From the IMG/VR virus record IMGVR_UViG_3300038314_000845, positions 1-42,048 of that record: 42,048 bases of DNA. One strand, written 5' to 3'. Position 1 is the stretch's first letter, and every line of letters begins with the position of its first letter. This DNA is from a virus. Lineage: Duplodnaviria > Caudoviricetes. Position numbers and translations under genes: made by a program. The notes beneath the pieces are model-generated. The model ran no database searches. It was given only the letters and a program-made list of their open reading frames with translations, and was not told where the DNA came from. Shown one piece after another: positions 9,255 to 18,571 of the stretch.

Positions 9255-9334
9255 TACAAATCCCAGTCGGGAGAAATAATGTCTTGCGTAGAGCCAAAAC
9301 CCCAATCTTCTTCAATGTTAAACACGCCTATCAT
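9254..9334 (-). CDS. 26-aa acidic micropeptide in neck operon
   Basis: MIGVFNIEEDWGFGSTQDIISPDWDL; TGATG and TAATG coupling at both ends. Confidence 0.5.
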   Translation of the reverse strand: MIGVFNIEEDWGFGSTQDIISPDWDL

Positions 9335-9717
9335 CACAAAGCCCTCACCTGCATCGTCCAAACAGCATCAGCCGCATCTTTCTGTGCGCTGACAATCTGA
9401 CACTCTGTACCGTCAACATCGACCGTTACGCCGTCTGTACGTGGCGTGAGTTGCGCGAACGATGACACCTGCGCCAACAGCTTAAAGTCACCAATTTGTA
9501 TCTGCACACCGTCGTACTGGCTTGCGTTGTAATCCTCACGAATGCACGGAATAGACTCAGTGATTGCAGGGTCGCCGCCTGTGGTCGTTTCGGTCACAGG
9601 GTCATACGTTCCGCCTGACTCTGGCTTGGTAAAATCACGCAACGGCGCGAAGTCTGCGAACTCGATGCCAAATAGTTCGCTTGCTACGTCCTGAAATTCG
9701 GCTTTTGTTGTCGGCAT
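9334..9717 (-). CDS. Head closure / head-tail joining protein
   Basis: GTYDPVT...DGVQIQIGD motif; synteny. Confidence 0.75.
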   Translation of the reverse strand: MPTTKAEFQDVASELFGIEFADFAPLRDFTKPESGGTYDPVTETTTGGDPAITESIPCIREDYNASQYDGVQIQIGDFKLLAQVSSFAQLTPRTDGVTVDVDGTECQIVSAQKDAADAVWTMQVRAL

Positions 9718-9746
9718 AACCCGCCCCGTATCTATTCAATGCTATT

Positions 9747-9791
9747 AGTATAACTGGTCTGACCAGTATTGACAAAAAGTTGTGCTATGGT
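9747..9791. promoter_or_regulatory. Divergent promoter pair with palindrome CTGGTCTGACCAG (9754-9766)
   Basis: Minus: TTGTCA-17-TATACT. Plus: palindrome-19-(TGC)TATGGT. Confidence 0.8.
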
Positions 9792-9821
9792 TATGGGGAA
9801 CTTAGATGAAGGAGAGGAAAG

Positions 9822-10034
9822 ATGGATGAAAAATTAGCTGAGCAGATTATGCAAGCGAAGATTCGTGATTACACATCTAATAACGGGTGTTACCCGAAAG
9901 CCATGTATGTCGAGCCAGATATATTCTGTGATTTAAGATTCGCGGGGCTTCTTGATGTAATTTGTACATTAGGAACTGATGACCAATGCTACTACAGCGG
10001 CGTTAGATTACTGATTGATAAGGAGCAACAATGA
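9822..10034 (+). CDS. Hypothetical protein (accessory cassette)
   Basis: SD GGAGAGG. Confidence 0.7.
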   Translation: MDEKLAEQIMQAKIRDYTSNNGCYPKAMYVEPDIFCDLRFAGLLDVICTLGTDDQCYYSGVRLLIDKEQQ

Positions 10035-10363
10035 AAACCTACAAACAACGCTTACCAGAGATTGACAAGGCTATATTCGACAAGTGCGGAGAATGGTACG
10101 AAAACACGTCTGATTACTTGATGTGCATACGCTCTCATGGCGTTGGACTTAACTACGCAACAAGCCACTATATATGGTCAGAAGATGACCATATCTGCAC
10201 CCGCACCGAATTCGAATCACGCCTAGCAGATTGGCGGCGGTTGTATGAGTGGATGAATGCTAACGAGGATTTTTCAGGATGGCTTAACAATATGGCTGGA
10301 AAGCTATCAGGAATAAATGAAGCTAGAGTGCAAGACTTCAACTGGCAAAAATCATTGGAGTAA
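10031..10363 (+). CDS. Hypothetical protein (accessory cassette)
   Basis: SD AGGAG, ATGA overlap. Confidence 0.7.
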   Translation: MKTYKQRLPEIDKAIFDKCGEWYENTSDYLMCIRSHGVGLNYATSHYIWSEDDHICTRTEFESRLADWRRLYEWMNANEDFSGWLNNMAGKLSGINEARVQDFNWQKSLE

Positions 10364-10366
10364 GAT

Positions 10367-10642
10367 ATGGAAGAAGATACTTACACGCACGAATGTGGAA
10401 TCAAGCCATGTGAAAATGCAGAAGACTGGGAGCGTTGCGGCGTTGATGTTTCTGATTTCGTGCTTAGCGTTACTCAGACTGACAACAAAATAATTAGTGT
10501 TGAGGTTCGTAGTGCCAAGCGAGATAAAACAATAGCCGCCGCTGAGCACGCAATAGAGTTACAGACTAACGAGCCTGCAAACTCTACGCACTTGGGGATT
10601 TTGTATGATGCGGGGCTACTAACCCCTAACAACGCTACCTAA
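10367..10642 (+). CDS. Hypothetical protein (accessory cassette)
   Basis: SD GGAG; 3' end overlaps convergent adaptor gene. Confidence 0.65.
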   Translation: MEEDTYTHECGIKPCENAEDWERCGVDVSDFVLSVTQTDNKIISVEVRSAKRDKTIAAAEHAIELQTNEPANSTHLGILYDAGLLTPNNAT

Positions 10643-11083
10643 CCCACCACCAACAGTAAACGCACGCAACAGCCTGTCCACGCTTGTTGTCGGATAGGTT
10701 GTTGTGTACTGATAGCCCTCGGCGTATGACGTAGAGGTAGATAATGAGCCGACTTGCTTAGTCTCGCTAGTCACCGCCCCTTTCTGACCTATGGAAGCAG
10801 GGTCAACAAACAAACGCCCGTTGAATTGCAACCATGCGGCTTGTGCTGCGGCGTTTTCCACGTCGCTAATAGCAACACAGTCGGTGGGTAGTTGCATCAC
10901 TTGTGTGTCGTCTAGCGGCTCACCCTTGAACGTATACTGAGCGTTCATGAAGTCAACCGACGCAATAACAATCGCCGCTTCAATAGCAGCGTCATCTGTG
11001 CCGTAATCATAACCACGCGCATCAGCCCATGCTTTGAAGCCTGCCAGTGTGATGTATGCGTTTTCGCCTAGTGTGAGTGCCAT
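10619..11083 (-). CDS. Head-tail adaptor (DnaT-like domain family)
   Basis: NAYITLAGFKAWADARG...FKG...Q..QLP motif; follows capsid gene. Confidence 0.8.
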   Translation of the reverse strand: MALTLGENAYITLAGFKAWADARGYDYGTDDAAIEAAIVIASVDFMNAQYTFKGEPLDDTQVMQLPTDCVAISDVENAAAQAAWLQFNGRLFVDPASIGQKGAVTSETKQVGSLSTSTSYAEGYQYTTTYPTTSVDRLLRAFTVGGGLGSVVRG

Positions 11084-11217
11084 TATCTACCTCGCTGGCT
11101 CAAAGTCTGTTGATAGGTTGCCTTCGCGCCAACTGGCGCGGTGCGATCACCCTTTACGTTCACGGCGGCGCTGTTGAGAGCGCCATGCGCGATAAAGAAA
11201 AGAGTTTGGCGGCGCAT
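11083..11217 (-). CDS. 44-aa hypothetical protein
   Basis: MRRQTLFFIAHGALNS...; TAATG coupling to adaptor gene. Confidence 0.5.
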   Translation of the reverse strand: MRRQTLFFIAHGALNSAAVNVKGDRTAPVGAKATYQQTLSQRGR

Positions 11218-11219
11218 AA

Positions 11220-11363
11220 TCACTCTTCTTTTGATTTTGGTTTGGCATCTTCTTTCGCCTTCTGCTGTTTCTTGACTGGTTGCTTAGGCTCTGGCTTTTC
11301 ACCATTTCGCAAGCGCTGGTCAATCTTGTTTGCTGTCGCTAACATTTCTTGCATAGTAGGCAT
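11220..11363 (-). CDS. 47-aa Lys/Glu-rich protein after capsid gene
   Basis: MPTMQEMLATANKIDQRLRNGEKPEPK...; SD AAGGAG. Confidence 0.6.
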   Translation of the reverse strand: MPTMQEMLATANKIDQRLRNGEKPEPKQPVKKQQKAKEDAKPKSKEE

Positions 11364-11377
11364 AAATCGCTCCTTAT

Positions 11378-11407
11378 AAAAAGCCCCGCCCATAGCAGGC
11401 AGGGCTT
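11378..11407 (-). terminator. Terminator/attenuator after capsid gene
   Basis: Minus strand AAGCCCTGCC...GGCGGGGCTTTT. Confidence 0.65.
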
Positions 11408-11427
11408 GTATCGACTAACAATAGTGA

Positions 11428-12441
11428 TTATCCGTTTGTCTTAAGAAAACTTAACGGAACGTTCTTGCGCTCGACAACACGGTCCCAAGAAGTATCCGCA
11501 GCCAGCTCAGATAGAGTAAAACTCTCGCCTGATGGCGTGCCGGTATTCTGGAAGCCGAACGGATGCAGCAACCACGTGTTACGCAGCCATAAGGTTTCGA
11601 TGCCACCGCCGTTGCCTTGCTCTGGCGCTCGGTCAAGCTCTACTGGCACATCAGGAGAGCCAACGCCGTAACCAAACGCGCCCGCACCAAACAGGATAGA
11701 CGTGTAAACGAAACCAGACGTGCCGCCCTCTTCAACTGGCAAGCCATCATCAAGGATAACGCGACGACCCAAGTAAGTTGGGATAGTCAACTGGCCTTGT
11801 GAGTCAGGGATAAAGTCGATGTCGTCATTGTCAACCATGCGCTTGTACACAACAGAGTGAACCGCAATCGCTGAATAGTCATCGAAGTGGTCACCTGATG
11901 TAAACGCTGCACTGGTGAATGCCTGACGGCTGAACAGGTTGTCAGCGGTCGCGTTAGCGCCGTCAGCGATAGATACGTCGTTGACCATATCTGAGCCATC
12001 GTTTGCCACGTTGTCTGCTAGGACACCGTTACAAGCCGCAATTAAACGACGCTGCCATTGGCGCTGGAAATACATGTCGGTACGCGCCCGAATGTGGTCC
12101 ATTGCTTTTGGCCCCATTGCGAGCTCTGATGCTAAATCAGCAACCTGCCAGCCTTGGTTAACAAACGCTTTACGCGCAATCTGCTCGCCCTGTGTTACTT
12201 TCTGCGGAGTTGCAGAGTTAGCAGGGTTATCGTCAGAATAGTTAACCTCAATAGAGCCGTCCAAGTCTTTCCAGAATGGAAGCTCTGCGGTTTTACCTGC
12301 GGCACTTGCTAGTTCGTCAAGCAAGCCGTTTTGGTTGATAATGCCTGACTGGAAAAACGCAGTTTTCTCAGGGCCATTTACAGGCGGCAAGTCACGAAAT
12401 ACTGTGACATCAATTACATCGGATAGGCGTGTAGTAGCCAT
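11428..12441 (-). CDS. Major capsid protein
   Basis: 337 aa, MATTRLSDVI...LPFWKDLDG...HPFG, typical HK97-fold siphophage coat; follows scaffold. Confidence 0.92.
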   Translation of the reverse strand: MATTRLSDVIDVTVFRDLPPVNGPEKTAFFQSGIINQNGLLDELASAAGKTAELPFWKDLDGSIEVNYSDDNPANSATPQKVTQGEQIARKAFVNQGWQVADLASELAMGPKAMDHIRARTDMYFQRQWQRRLIAACNGVLADNVANDGSDMVNDVSIADGANATADNLFSRQAFTSAAFTSGDHFDDYSAIAVHSVVYKRMVDNDDIDFIPDSQGQLTIPTYLGRRVILDDGLPVEEGGTSGFVYTSILFGAGAFGYGVGSPDVPVELDRAPEQGNGGGIETLWLRNTWLLHPFGFQNTGTPSGESFTLSELAADTSWDRVVERKNVPLSFLKTNG

Positions 12442-12451
12442 AGTTTATACC

Positions 12452-13207
12452 TCAACTGTTGTTAAATTCAGCTTTGAGGCGCTCATATTCTGCTGGATTG
12501 CTTTTACGTAGCTCTGCCAGCTCTGCGCCGTTCATTTCGTTAAATTTCTTTTTAACGGCACCGCCGCTTCCAGAACCTTTAGCCTGGCCACCGCCATTGG
12601 TGACGATTCCAGACTTTAAAAGCGGGGCAAAGGCTTCATCTTTTTCGATTTCGCCTTTAAACCCTGCCATATCCAATGAGGTGGCACTGCCATTCTCATC
12701 CAGAAACGTTGCTTCACCCGTTTGCGGGTCAATATCAATTCGACTTGAGATAAGCGCTTTAAATGCTTTATGCGCCTTGTCGTGCGCTAACTCTGCGCTA
12801 AGGTCTGACACAATACTGTTGCGCTTATCTGCTTTAATCTGCTTCTCAAGCGTTTCCAGCCGTTCTTTATACTGGTGCTCGCTTTCCTCTGTGCGCTTCT
12901 TCATGTCAGCTAATTGCTGCTGGTAGCGCTCTTCAATGGCTTTTACATCACCATTGGTTCGAGCCTTTTCTAGCGCTTCAGCTCGCGCTTGCTCGATTTC
13001 CTTTTTCTTTTCCTGCTCGTAGCTATTAAGCCGCTCTTCCAGCTCTTTAGCCCGTTGGTCGGCGCTCTTGTATTTGCCATCCAAGTCATCCAAAGTCTGC
13101 TTCAACTTCGCATCCTTGACGGGTACATATTCCTCGCCGTCCTGCACAAACGCTTCTTTTGCGTAATCGGGTAAATCTTCGTACTGCTCTTTCGTTAGTT
13201 TAGACAT
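12452..13207 (-). CDS. Capsid scaffolding protein
   Basis: Coiled coil, C-terminal GGGQAKGSG linker, directly upstream of capsid gene. Confidence 0.85.
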   Translation of the reverse strand: MSKLTKEQYEDLPDYAKEAFVQDGEEYVPVKDAKLKQTLDDLDGKYKSADQRAKELEERLNSYEQEKKKEIEQARAEALEKARTNGDVKAIEERYQQQLADMKKRTEESEHQYKERLETLEKQIKADKRNSIVSDLSAELAHDKAHKAFKALISSRIDIDPQTGEATFLDENGSATSLDMAGFKGEIEKDEAFAPLLKSGIVTNGGGQAKGSGSGGAVKKKFNEMNGAELAELRKSNPAEYERLKAEFNNS

Positions 13208-13262
13208 GGCACAGCCTCGTCAGTGTTTTAGTTTTAACAATCACAGATTGCCGTTCATGTAA

Positions 13263-13291
13263 AGTCTAACCTAACTGGTCAGACCAGTCAA
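13263..13291 (-). promoter_or_regulatory. Scaffold/capsid promoter with palindrome CTGGTCAGACCAG (13275-13287) in spacer
   Basis: TTGACT-17-TAGACT on minus strand. Confidence 0.75.
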
Positions 13292-14791
13292 CTATTCAGG
13301 CTCTCGCGGCAACTGATTCGCAATCGAACTAATGCTTGGCGCTTCTTCCTCAAGATTCGCAAGCCACGTTTCAATCTCTTCGCCAGTACCCCAGCCGCCT
13401 TGCTCAAGAATCTTGATGGCCTGCTCGGTGGTGTATAAGCCTTCGGTTTTAGCGTCTAGCAATACACGCACTTCTTCGACGGACAGCTTAGGCGTTGCAA
13501 AGTCGCGCGGCAAGTCAATCACGATTTGGTCAAGTGCAGCCTCAACCGCGTCAGGCGCAAACAGGCCCTCAAACATGCCACAGTAAGCAGCCATGCGCTT
13601 CCATGCGTATTCCAGTTGTGAGGCCACAGATTCCAGCATGGCGTTCTGCTCAGTTGCGTCAATGTCCGCCTCAGTCGCTGTGCGCTGCGCCTGCATACCG
13701 TCTTTGAATACACCACCAAGCGCTTTAACTTTCTTGCTGTTCGCTTCAAAGTAGCGCTCAAAGCCTTCTAGCTCTGTGTTGACGCTCTTAATGTCAACAT
13801 CAACCTCATTAGGTAGGTTGTTCGCACAGCCCGGCCCCCACGCCATTTGCTCGCGTCCATTCACCTCAACAAAGATTTCTTTATCGCCTTGTTTCCAGCC
13901 TTTCGTGAACGTGGTCGGCACAAGGTAGCGCATAGCTTCTTTGTAATCAGCCGATACGCGGTAACGGTACAGGGCAGACTCGCAAATTGGGTACAGCATA
14001 CCCATGCCTTGAGGCAAGTCACCAACGGGCAATTCCTCATCGCTGACAATCTCAACGGGTAGCCATTTCAAATTAGCGCCGCCGATGGTCACGTAGTCAG
14101 GGTCGCCGTCTTTTCCGTCAACTTCTTTTTGCTGGTAGTAGTTGCCGTCTTTGTCCAGTGCCAGCGTTAAGAACGATTCAATCGGGTCGCGTACGTTTGT
14201 TTCAGGATTAAACTCATACCCTGTTTCGCGTAGCTTGACATACGACAACTGCATCACGCCGTTAATGCGGCGATAGTTCCAGTCCACCAACGCCTCGCGT
14301 GTGTACTGCTTAATCGTTGCTCGAGGCTCTAATTCTTCCGCATCTGCTTTGGTGAGCTGGCTGATGTCAACGTCAGACAAGCCTTGATAGTCAGCGACTA
14401 AGATATGGTATTTCGTCTGGAATATGTTAGACGCGCACGACTCAAGAGCAGACAGTAAAGGCGTACCGTCACCGTCTGCGTTCTGGATAAGGTAGTTTAG
14501 GCGCTCTGGAAGGTCGGTTGTTGTATTGCTAACGCGCATCTTACCAAGCCACGCACGCAAGGATAAAGCAGGGTAGTTGTCGAACTCGGCGCCTTTGATG
14601 TACATGTCGTAACGGGCTTGCTGCTCTTTGCTGCTCGTGTCAACTTGCGACGGGTGCGGTAGGTAAGTGTATTTTTCACGCTTAATACGCCAAGAGCCTT
14701 CCACACAATCGCGGACGGTTTCAAGCGGCACAACCGTTTCAGTATAATGCGGGTGAACGTCTGCGGAGTTGTAGCTGTAATCGTGCGCCAT
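13292..14791 (-). CDS. Portal protein (DUF4055-like)
   Basis: 499 aa; YLPHP...RYDMYIKGAEF...NADGDG...RTATEA motifs. Confidence 0.88.
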   Translation of the reverse strand: MAHDYSYNSADVHPHYTETVVPLETVRDCVEGSWRIKREKYTYLPHPSQVDTSSKEQQARYDMYIKGAEFDNYPALSLRAWLGKMRVSNTTTDLPERLNYLIQNADGDGTPLLSALESCASNIFQTKYHILVADYQGLSDVDISQLTKADAEELEPRATIKQYTREALVDWNYRRINGVMQLSYVKLRETGYEFNPETNVRDPIESFLTLALDKDGNYYQQKEVDGKDGDPDYVTIGGANLKWLPVEIVSDEELPVGDLPQGMGMLYPICESALYRYRVSADYKEAMRYLVPTTFTKGWKQGDKEIFVEVNGREQMAWGPGCANNLPNEVDVDIKSVNTELEGFERYFEANSKKVKALGGVFKDGMQAQRTATEADIDATEQNAMLESVASQLEYAWKRMAAYCGMFEGLFAPDAVEAALDQIVIDLPRDFATPKLSVEEVRVLLDAKTEGLYTTEQAIKILEQGGWGTGEEIETWLANLEEEAPSISSIANQLPREPE

Positions 14792-14821
14792 ACCAAAGCC
14801 CTGAGTTGGTTAATTGCTAAT

Positions 14822-14866
14822 AGTTTAACTGGTCAGACCAGATAAGGCAAATAAGTGTGGTATAAC
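14822..14866. promoter_or_regulatory. Divergent promoter pair with palindrome CTGGTCAGACCAG (14829-14841)
   Basis: Minus: TTGCCT-17-TAAACT. Plus: palindrome-19-(TGG)TATAAC. Confidence 0.75.
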
Positions 14867-14890
14867 AACTAGACAAAACTTGGAGGGGTT

Positions 14891-15283
14891 ATGATTACAC
14901 AAATAGTAACGTCAGAGCTTGGCAGATTTACCGTTCATTTTAACCACGGGCACAAAGTAAGTACTTGGTCTAAAGAGCCTATTTGTATTGACGCTTATAG
15001 TTACCCAGAAAACATTGATGAGTGGTTGCCCTGCCCTTGCTGCGGATTAAAGCCGAAAGCTTGGGAGTATGACAACGGTAGGCAGACAGCTTGTGGCTGC
15101 GGCAATAACAAGTATGACCATTTCGCTGTATTTGCCGAATCAATAATGAGTGTCCACATTCGGTGCGGTGGTAGCTTGGCAGAGTATGATTCTGACCTAT
15201 TACGTAAAAATTGGAATGAATACTGCCAAACAATGATTAACCCATGTTCGCATGGTGATTTAAGGCAGGAAGGGAAATGGTAA
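14891..15283 (+). CDS. Hypothetical zinc-ribbon protein
   Basis: LPCPCCG..P...ACGCG...WN pattern reminiscent of Lar-like proteins; SD GGAGG. Confidence 0.65.
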   Translation: MITQIVTSELGRFTVHFNHGHKVSTWSKEPICIDAYSYPENIDEWLPCPCCGLKPKAWEYDNGRQTACGCGNNKYDHFAVFAESIMSVHIRCGGSLAEYDSDLLRKNWNEYCQTMINPCSHGDLRQEGKW

Positions 15284-15321
15284 CTGGTCGTACCACTAAC
15301 ACCAAATAACTATGCTATGGT
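15284..15321 (+). promoter_or_regulatory. Promoter with palindrome CTGGTCGTACCAC (15284-15296)
   Basis: Palindrome-19-(TGC)TATGGT. Confidence 0.7.
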
Positions 15322-15353
15322 TATTGGGAATCACAAATAGAGGAGAGATTCGG

Positions 15354-16067
15354 ATGAGTAAATTTAAAGTTGGGGACAAAGTGAAACTTCTTAAAAACAT
15401 TTGCGAACTCGATGGTTATGCGTTTGTAAAAGGAATTAATACCAGCGGTGTTGCTGGACTGCATTTATGCGAAGTTGAAGATACCTCAGAGTGTCTGAAC
15501 TTTTACGAGAGGGAGATTGAGCTGATTAGCAGGAAATTCACCATCACCCGAGGCGACTACATCGACAGCCGCGAGTTTACCCACGAAGAATGTGAGCGGT
15601 TTTGCGAGTTGGCGGTGGAGTGTGGTTTTGAGCGTGGTGATGAGGAATATTCTAATAGCTGGTTACTGCTTGGAATTAGCGATGGAAAAACGTTTGTTTA
15701 TCGCATGAATAGAAACTTCACCACCAACATCACAACACAATTCCGCGAATTTTTAGATAAGGAGAAAGGCATGAAACAGTTTACGAAAGATGATTTTAAA
15801 GATGGGATGCGTACTTTGTGGCGTGATGGAAGGGAGTTTTATGTATGTGGCGACAGTCTTATCAGCATAGATAAAAAGCATAATCACCTTGATTGTTACT
15901 TAAACGACTTAAAAAATAATAAATACCCAAAATTCGACATCATGAAAGTAACCGACCGCGACGGCACAGTCCTATTCGAGCGTGAAGAAGAGCCACGCGA
16001 ACTGACGCTAAAAGAAATAGCTGAACAGTTCGGTGTGCCTGTTGAGCGGATTCGGATTAAAGACTGA
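15354..16067 (+). CDS. Hypothetical multi-domain phage protein
   Basis: FKVGDKV N-terminus, DIMKV...LFERE and ELTLKEIAEQFG C-terminal motifs; SD GGAGAG. Confidence 0.75.
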   Translation: MSKFKVGDKVKLLKNICELDGYAFVKGINTSGVAGLHLCEVEDTSECLNFYEREIELISRKFTITRGDYIDSREFTHEECERFCELAVECGFERGDEEYSNSWLLLGISDGKTFVYRMNRNFTTNITTQFREFLDKEKGMKQFTKDDFKDGMRTLWRDGREFYVCGDSLISIDKKHNHLDCYLNDLKNNKYPKFDIMKVTDRDGTVLFEREEEPRELTLKEIAEQFGVPVERIRIKD

Positions 16068-16074
16068 TTAGATT

Positions 16075-16095
16075 AGCCCGCGCAATGCGGGCCTT
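16075..16095. terminator. Terminator hairpin between convergent genes
   Basis: GCCCGC-gcaat-GCGGGC. Confidence 0.55.
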
Positions 16096-16098
16096 GCC

Positions 16099-16836
16099 TT
16101 AGAATTTAATGGCGTACTGCATCTGATTCTCTTTACGCCACTTCCATTCCGCTTTCATGTGGCATGATTTGCATAACGCCTCTAAGTTGCTCATTCTGTT
16201 TGCTTGTGTTTTATTTCTGTGTTGATGAAAAGGCTCAATGTGGTTTACATCAAGCTTTCTTCCGCATTCCTCTTGTGGTATACCGCAGTGCTCGCATTTG
16301 TACCCGGCTCGTTTCCTTACTCTTTCTGCTATCCTAGGCCATTCAACGCCTCTATAACCTCTTCTTGTTCCTCCTCCCTGCCAGTTATGGTGCTTATCCC
16401 CTCGCTCTGACTCGCCTATCTTGCGCTTTCTTTCCTCGTCTGTTCGGTAGAACATGTGATGGCATTCAGGTGAGCATACCTTTCTTGATGTGTGGCGAAC
16501 TAACCTTAACGTTCCATCTTTTCTTTTATTCCAAGCTATGGCAGAAAACTTTACCTTACAAACTAGACACTCTACCAAAGACCTGTTTATAGCATCTTGG
16601 CTCCTGCACTCCATAGAGCAGAACTTATTGTTTTGATTTCTTGCCTTCTCAACTCTTTTCCCGCAGCATTTACAATTAAAGCCTTTTGATTTCCAAATAG
16701 ATACTCTATGTAGGTCGTAACACTCTCTGCCGCAGAAAACTTTATCTGAAACCAGTCCTGTCCTCGTATTTACGTTAGGAGTTTTACTTGTAGGCTTGCC
16801 GCAATGATGGCAGTGGTGTATATTTGTCTTGCTCAT
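16099..16836 (-). CDS. HNH endonuclease with N-terminal zinc-finger repeats
   Basis: CxxC...FCxxxC repeats; CEHCG...LDVNHIEP...N..SNLEALCKSCH. Confidence 0.9.
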   Translation of the reverse strand: MSKTNIHHCHHCGKPTSKTPNVNTRTGLVSDKVFCGRECYDLHRVSIWKSKGFNCKCCGKRVEKARNQNNKFCSMECRSQDAINRSLVECLVCKVKFSAIAWNKRKDGTLRLVRHTSRKVCSPECHHMFYRTDEERKRKIGESERGDKHHNWQGGGTRRGYRGVEWPRIAERVRKRAGYKCEHCGIPQEECGRKLDVNHIEPFHQHRNKTQANRMSNLEALCKSCHMKAEWKWRKENQMQYAIKF

Positions 16837-16899
16837 GTCGTTACCTCTAATAACGTTATGGGAAATGGTTGGACGGGTGTTGTCGCACCCGTTTAGCCT

Positions 16900-16929
16900 A
16901 TTATATCAACAGGTCATACCAGATTACAA
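16900..16929 (-). promoter_or_regulatory. Promoter of HNH gene with palindrome CAGGTCATACCAG (16910-16922) in spacer
   Basis: TTGTAA-18-(TGA)TATAAT. Confidence 0.6.
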
Positions 16930-17937
16930 ATCTATTCCCTCTCTTCTGGCTATCTCCTGCAATGTTAATGGCCTTAGGCTTGCGTCAGTTAAGTTTCTTA
17001 TTGATAGCTTCCCTTCTCTGAATAACTGCGCCCGCTCTGGGCCAAGCCAATCATCTTGCCATTCGTTAGACTGACGGCGTGCAAACTGGTCTATTTCTGT
17101 GCCGGCTTGTATTTGAGTTGTCTTGCCTGAGTCGCCTCTAGCCGCTCTTGTGCCTACCAATCGCTGCCCATCAGCCATTGGAATAATTTGAGTTCGGCAA
17201 GAAAAATGATAGCTGGGATAACCTATGGGAGATTGCCCAACAGGCCAACCTTCTTGCCCATAACGAGCGGCAATAGACGCACAGATTTTGGTTTGCCTGC
17301 TATCGAACACAGTAAGCGGCACCTCCCTAGTCACCACATCAGGATTCGCCGCAGCAAACGCACGCCGCCCAATGGTCGAGTAGTGATTAGTTGCAGTGCG
17401 CGCCAGCGTTTCAGCGTTTCTGGCTATTTCAGAATCGAATCTGCGAGATACTTCACGCCGCATTTCTCTGGCGGTTAGCCCTTGAGCATAAGCTGTACGC
17501 AACACATTCGACACAGCACGCATTTGGCTCTCTTGGTTCGCTTGCACAAAGTCAGGCCATAAGCCGGAGTTGAACTTGTCGCCTGACCTCAGCACCATCA
17601 TAGAGTTGTCAGCCAACCGCTTAACACGCTCACTCGTTGCAGCCGCACCGCCTATCAACTCAGCAAAGAATCGGTTGTCATAATCCGCCAAGCTGTCAAG
17701 GTCACTTTGCAACGCAGCCCACCCCTCTTGACCACGAATGACACGGCGAATCTCAGCTTCCAATGAGCGTAGCTGACGTTGACTTGTGATTGAGTCCGTT
17801 TCTGCTAGTAAGCGGCGAATGTCGCGCAGGGTCTGAGCAAGGCTTGGCGCAATGTGCGCTTGGTAGCCTTGGGTTTCTAATCGAGACAGTCGCACCTGAT
17901 GGTCTAGGATTTTGTCGAGGTTGATGTTAGTTGGCAT
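16924..17937 (-). CDS. Head morphogenesis protein (SPP1 gp7 / Mu gpF-like)
   Basis: AETLARTATNH...DSRQTKIC...PSYHFSCRT...Q.DWLGPERAQLFREG. Confidence 0.88.
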   Translation of the reverse strand: MPTNINLDKILDHQVRLSRLETQGYQAHIAPSLAQTLRDIRRLLAETDSITSQRQLRSLEAEIRRVIRGQEGWAALQSDLDSLADYDNRFFAELIGGAAATSERVKRLADNSMMVLRSGDKFNSGLWPDFVQANQESQMRAVSNVLRTAYAQGLTAREMRREVSRRFDSEIARNAETLARTATNHYSTIGRRAFAAANPDVVTREVPLTVFDSRQTKICASIAARYGQEGWPVGQSPIGYPSYHFSCRTQIIPMADGQRLVGTRAARGDSGKTTQIQAGTEIDQFARRQSNEWQDDWLGPERAQLFREGKLSIRNLTDASLRPLTLQEIARREGIDL

Positions 17938-18434
17938 TACTCACCTACAATATAGCCTTTGCTAGTATCAACGACACCGCCGCTAGAGCGATAGCTATCA
18001 ATAAACTCCATCGCCTCAACATTAAACACATGAACCTTGCCGCCTGTTCCAGTGTCGCGTGTCATGGCATATTCAACCGCTTCTTTTGCGCTCTTGCCGT
18101 GGTCGAGCGCGGCTAGGGCGAAGTCTGCACCTGAGCCAATAGCTCTGCTGTGGTCTAGCGGTGCATGGCAACAGTAATCACCGTTGAAGCAAACAAGCCA
18201 AACGCCGTCACTGTTAGCCATGATTGCTGATGAATCAGGCTGCACTTCTGGCTTGTCATTGTGCGTCATTTCGATAAGTTGACTATAATCCGCAGTCGTG
18301 CCGCACAAAAACCAGTGACCGTTGTCGTTCTCTACCCACTTGGCAGCGTCATTTGACGATATTAGCGTGCCTGCCGTTACACGTGAGTCGATAGCAATCT
18401 GCTTACTCTTGTGGTCGTAGACTATTGTGGTCAT
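17937..18434 (-). CDS. Ntn-hydrolase, proteasome beta / HslV-like protease
   Basis: N-terminal (M)TTI, AIDSRVT, AIGSGADFALAAL, RDTGTGG motifs. Confidence 0.8.
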   Translation of the reverse strand: MTTIVYDHKSKQIAIDSRVTAGTLISSNDAAKWVENDNGHWFLCGTTADYSQLIEMTHNDKPEVQPDSSAIMANSDGVWLVCFNGDYCCHAPLDHSRAIGSGADFALAALDHGKSAKEAVEYAMTRDTGTGGKVHVFNVEAMEFIDSYRSSGGVVDTSKGYIVGE

Positions 18435-18571
18435 AGCTTCTGCCTATATGTCGGTATTCCGGTTAAAACCCATTCAATATCTCTCTCAGGATAGCGCATA
18501 ACAAGAGGAAATCCATAAGCACAATGCAATGTGTAAGATACACACAGATAGAATATCAATCTTGAAATCAT
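18431..18571 (-). CDS. 46-aa hypothetical protein
   Basis: MISRLIFYLCVSY...; ATGA overlaps at both ends. Confidence 0.45.
   Translation of the reverse strand: MISRLIFYLCVSYTLHCAYGFPLVMRYPERDIEWVLTGIPTYRQKL

Noticed and set aside
11077-14796. Antisense and alternate-frame ORFs over capsid, scaffold and portal genes (and similar ones genome-wide)
   Set aside because: Shadow frames of well-supported genes, with no SD or recognisable motifs
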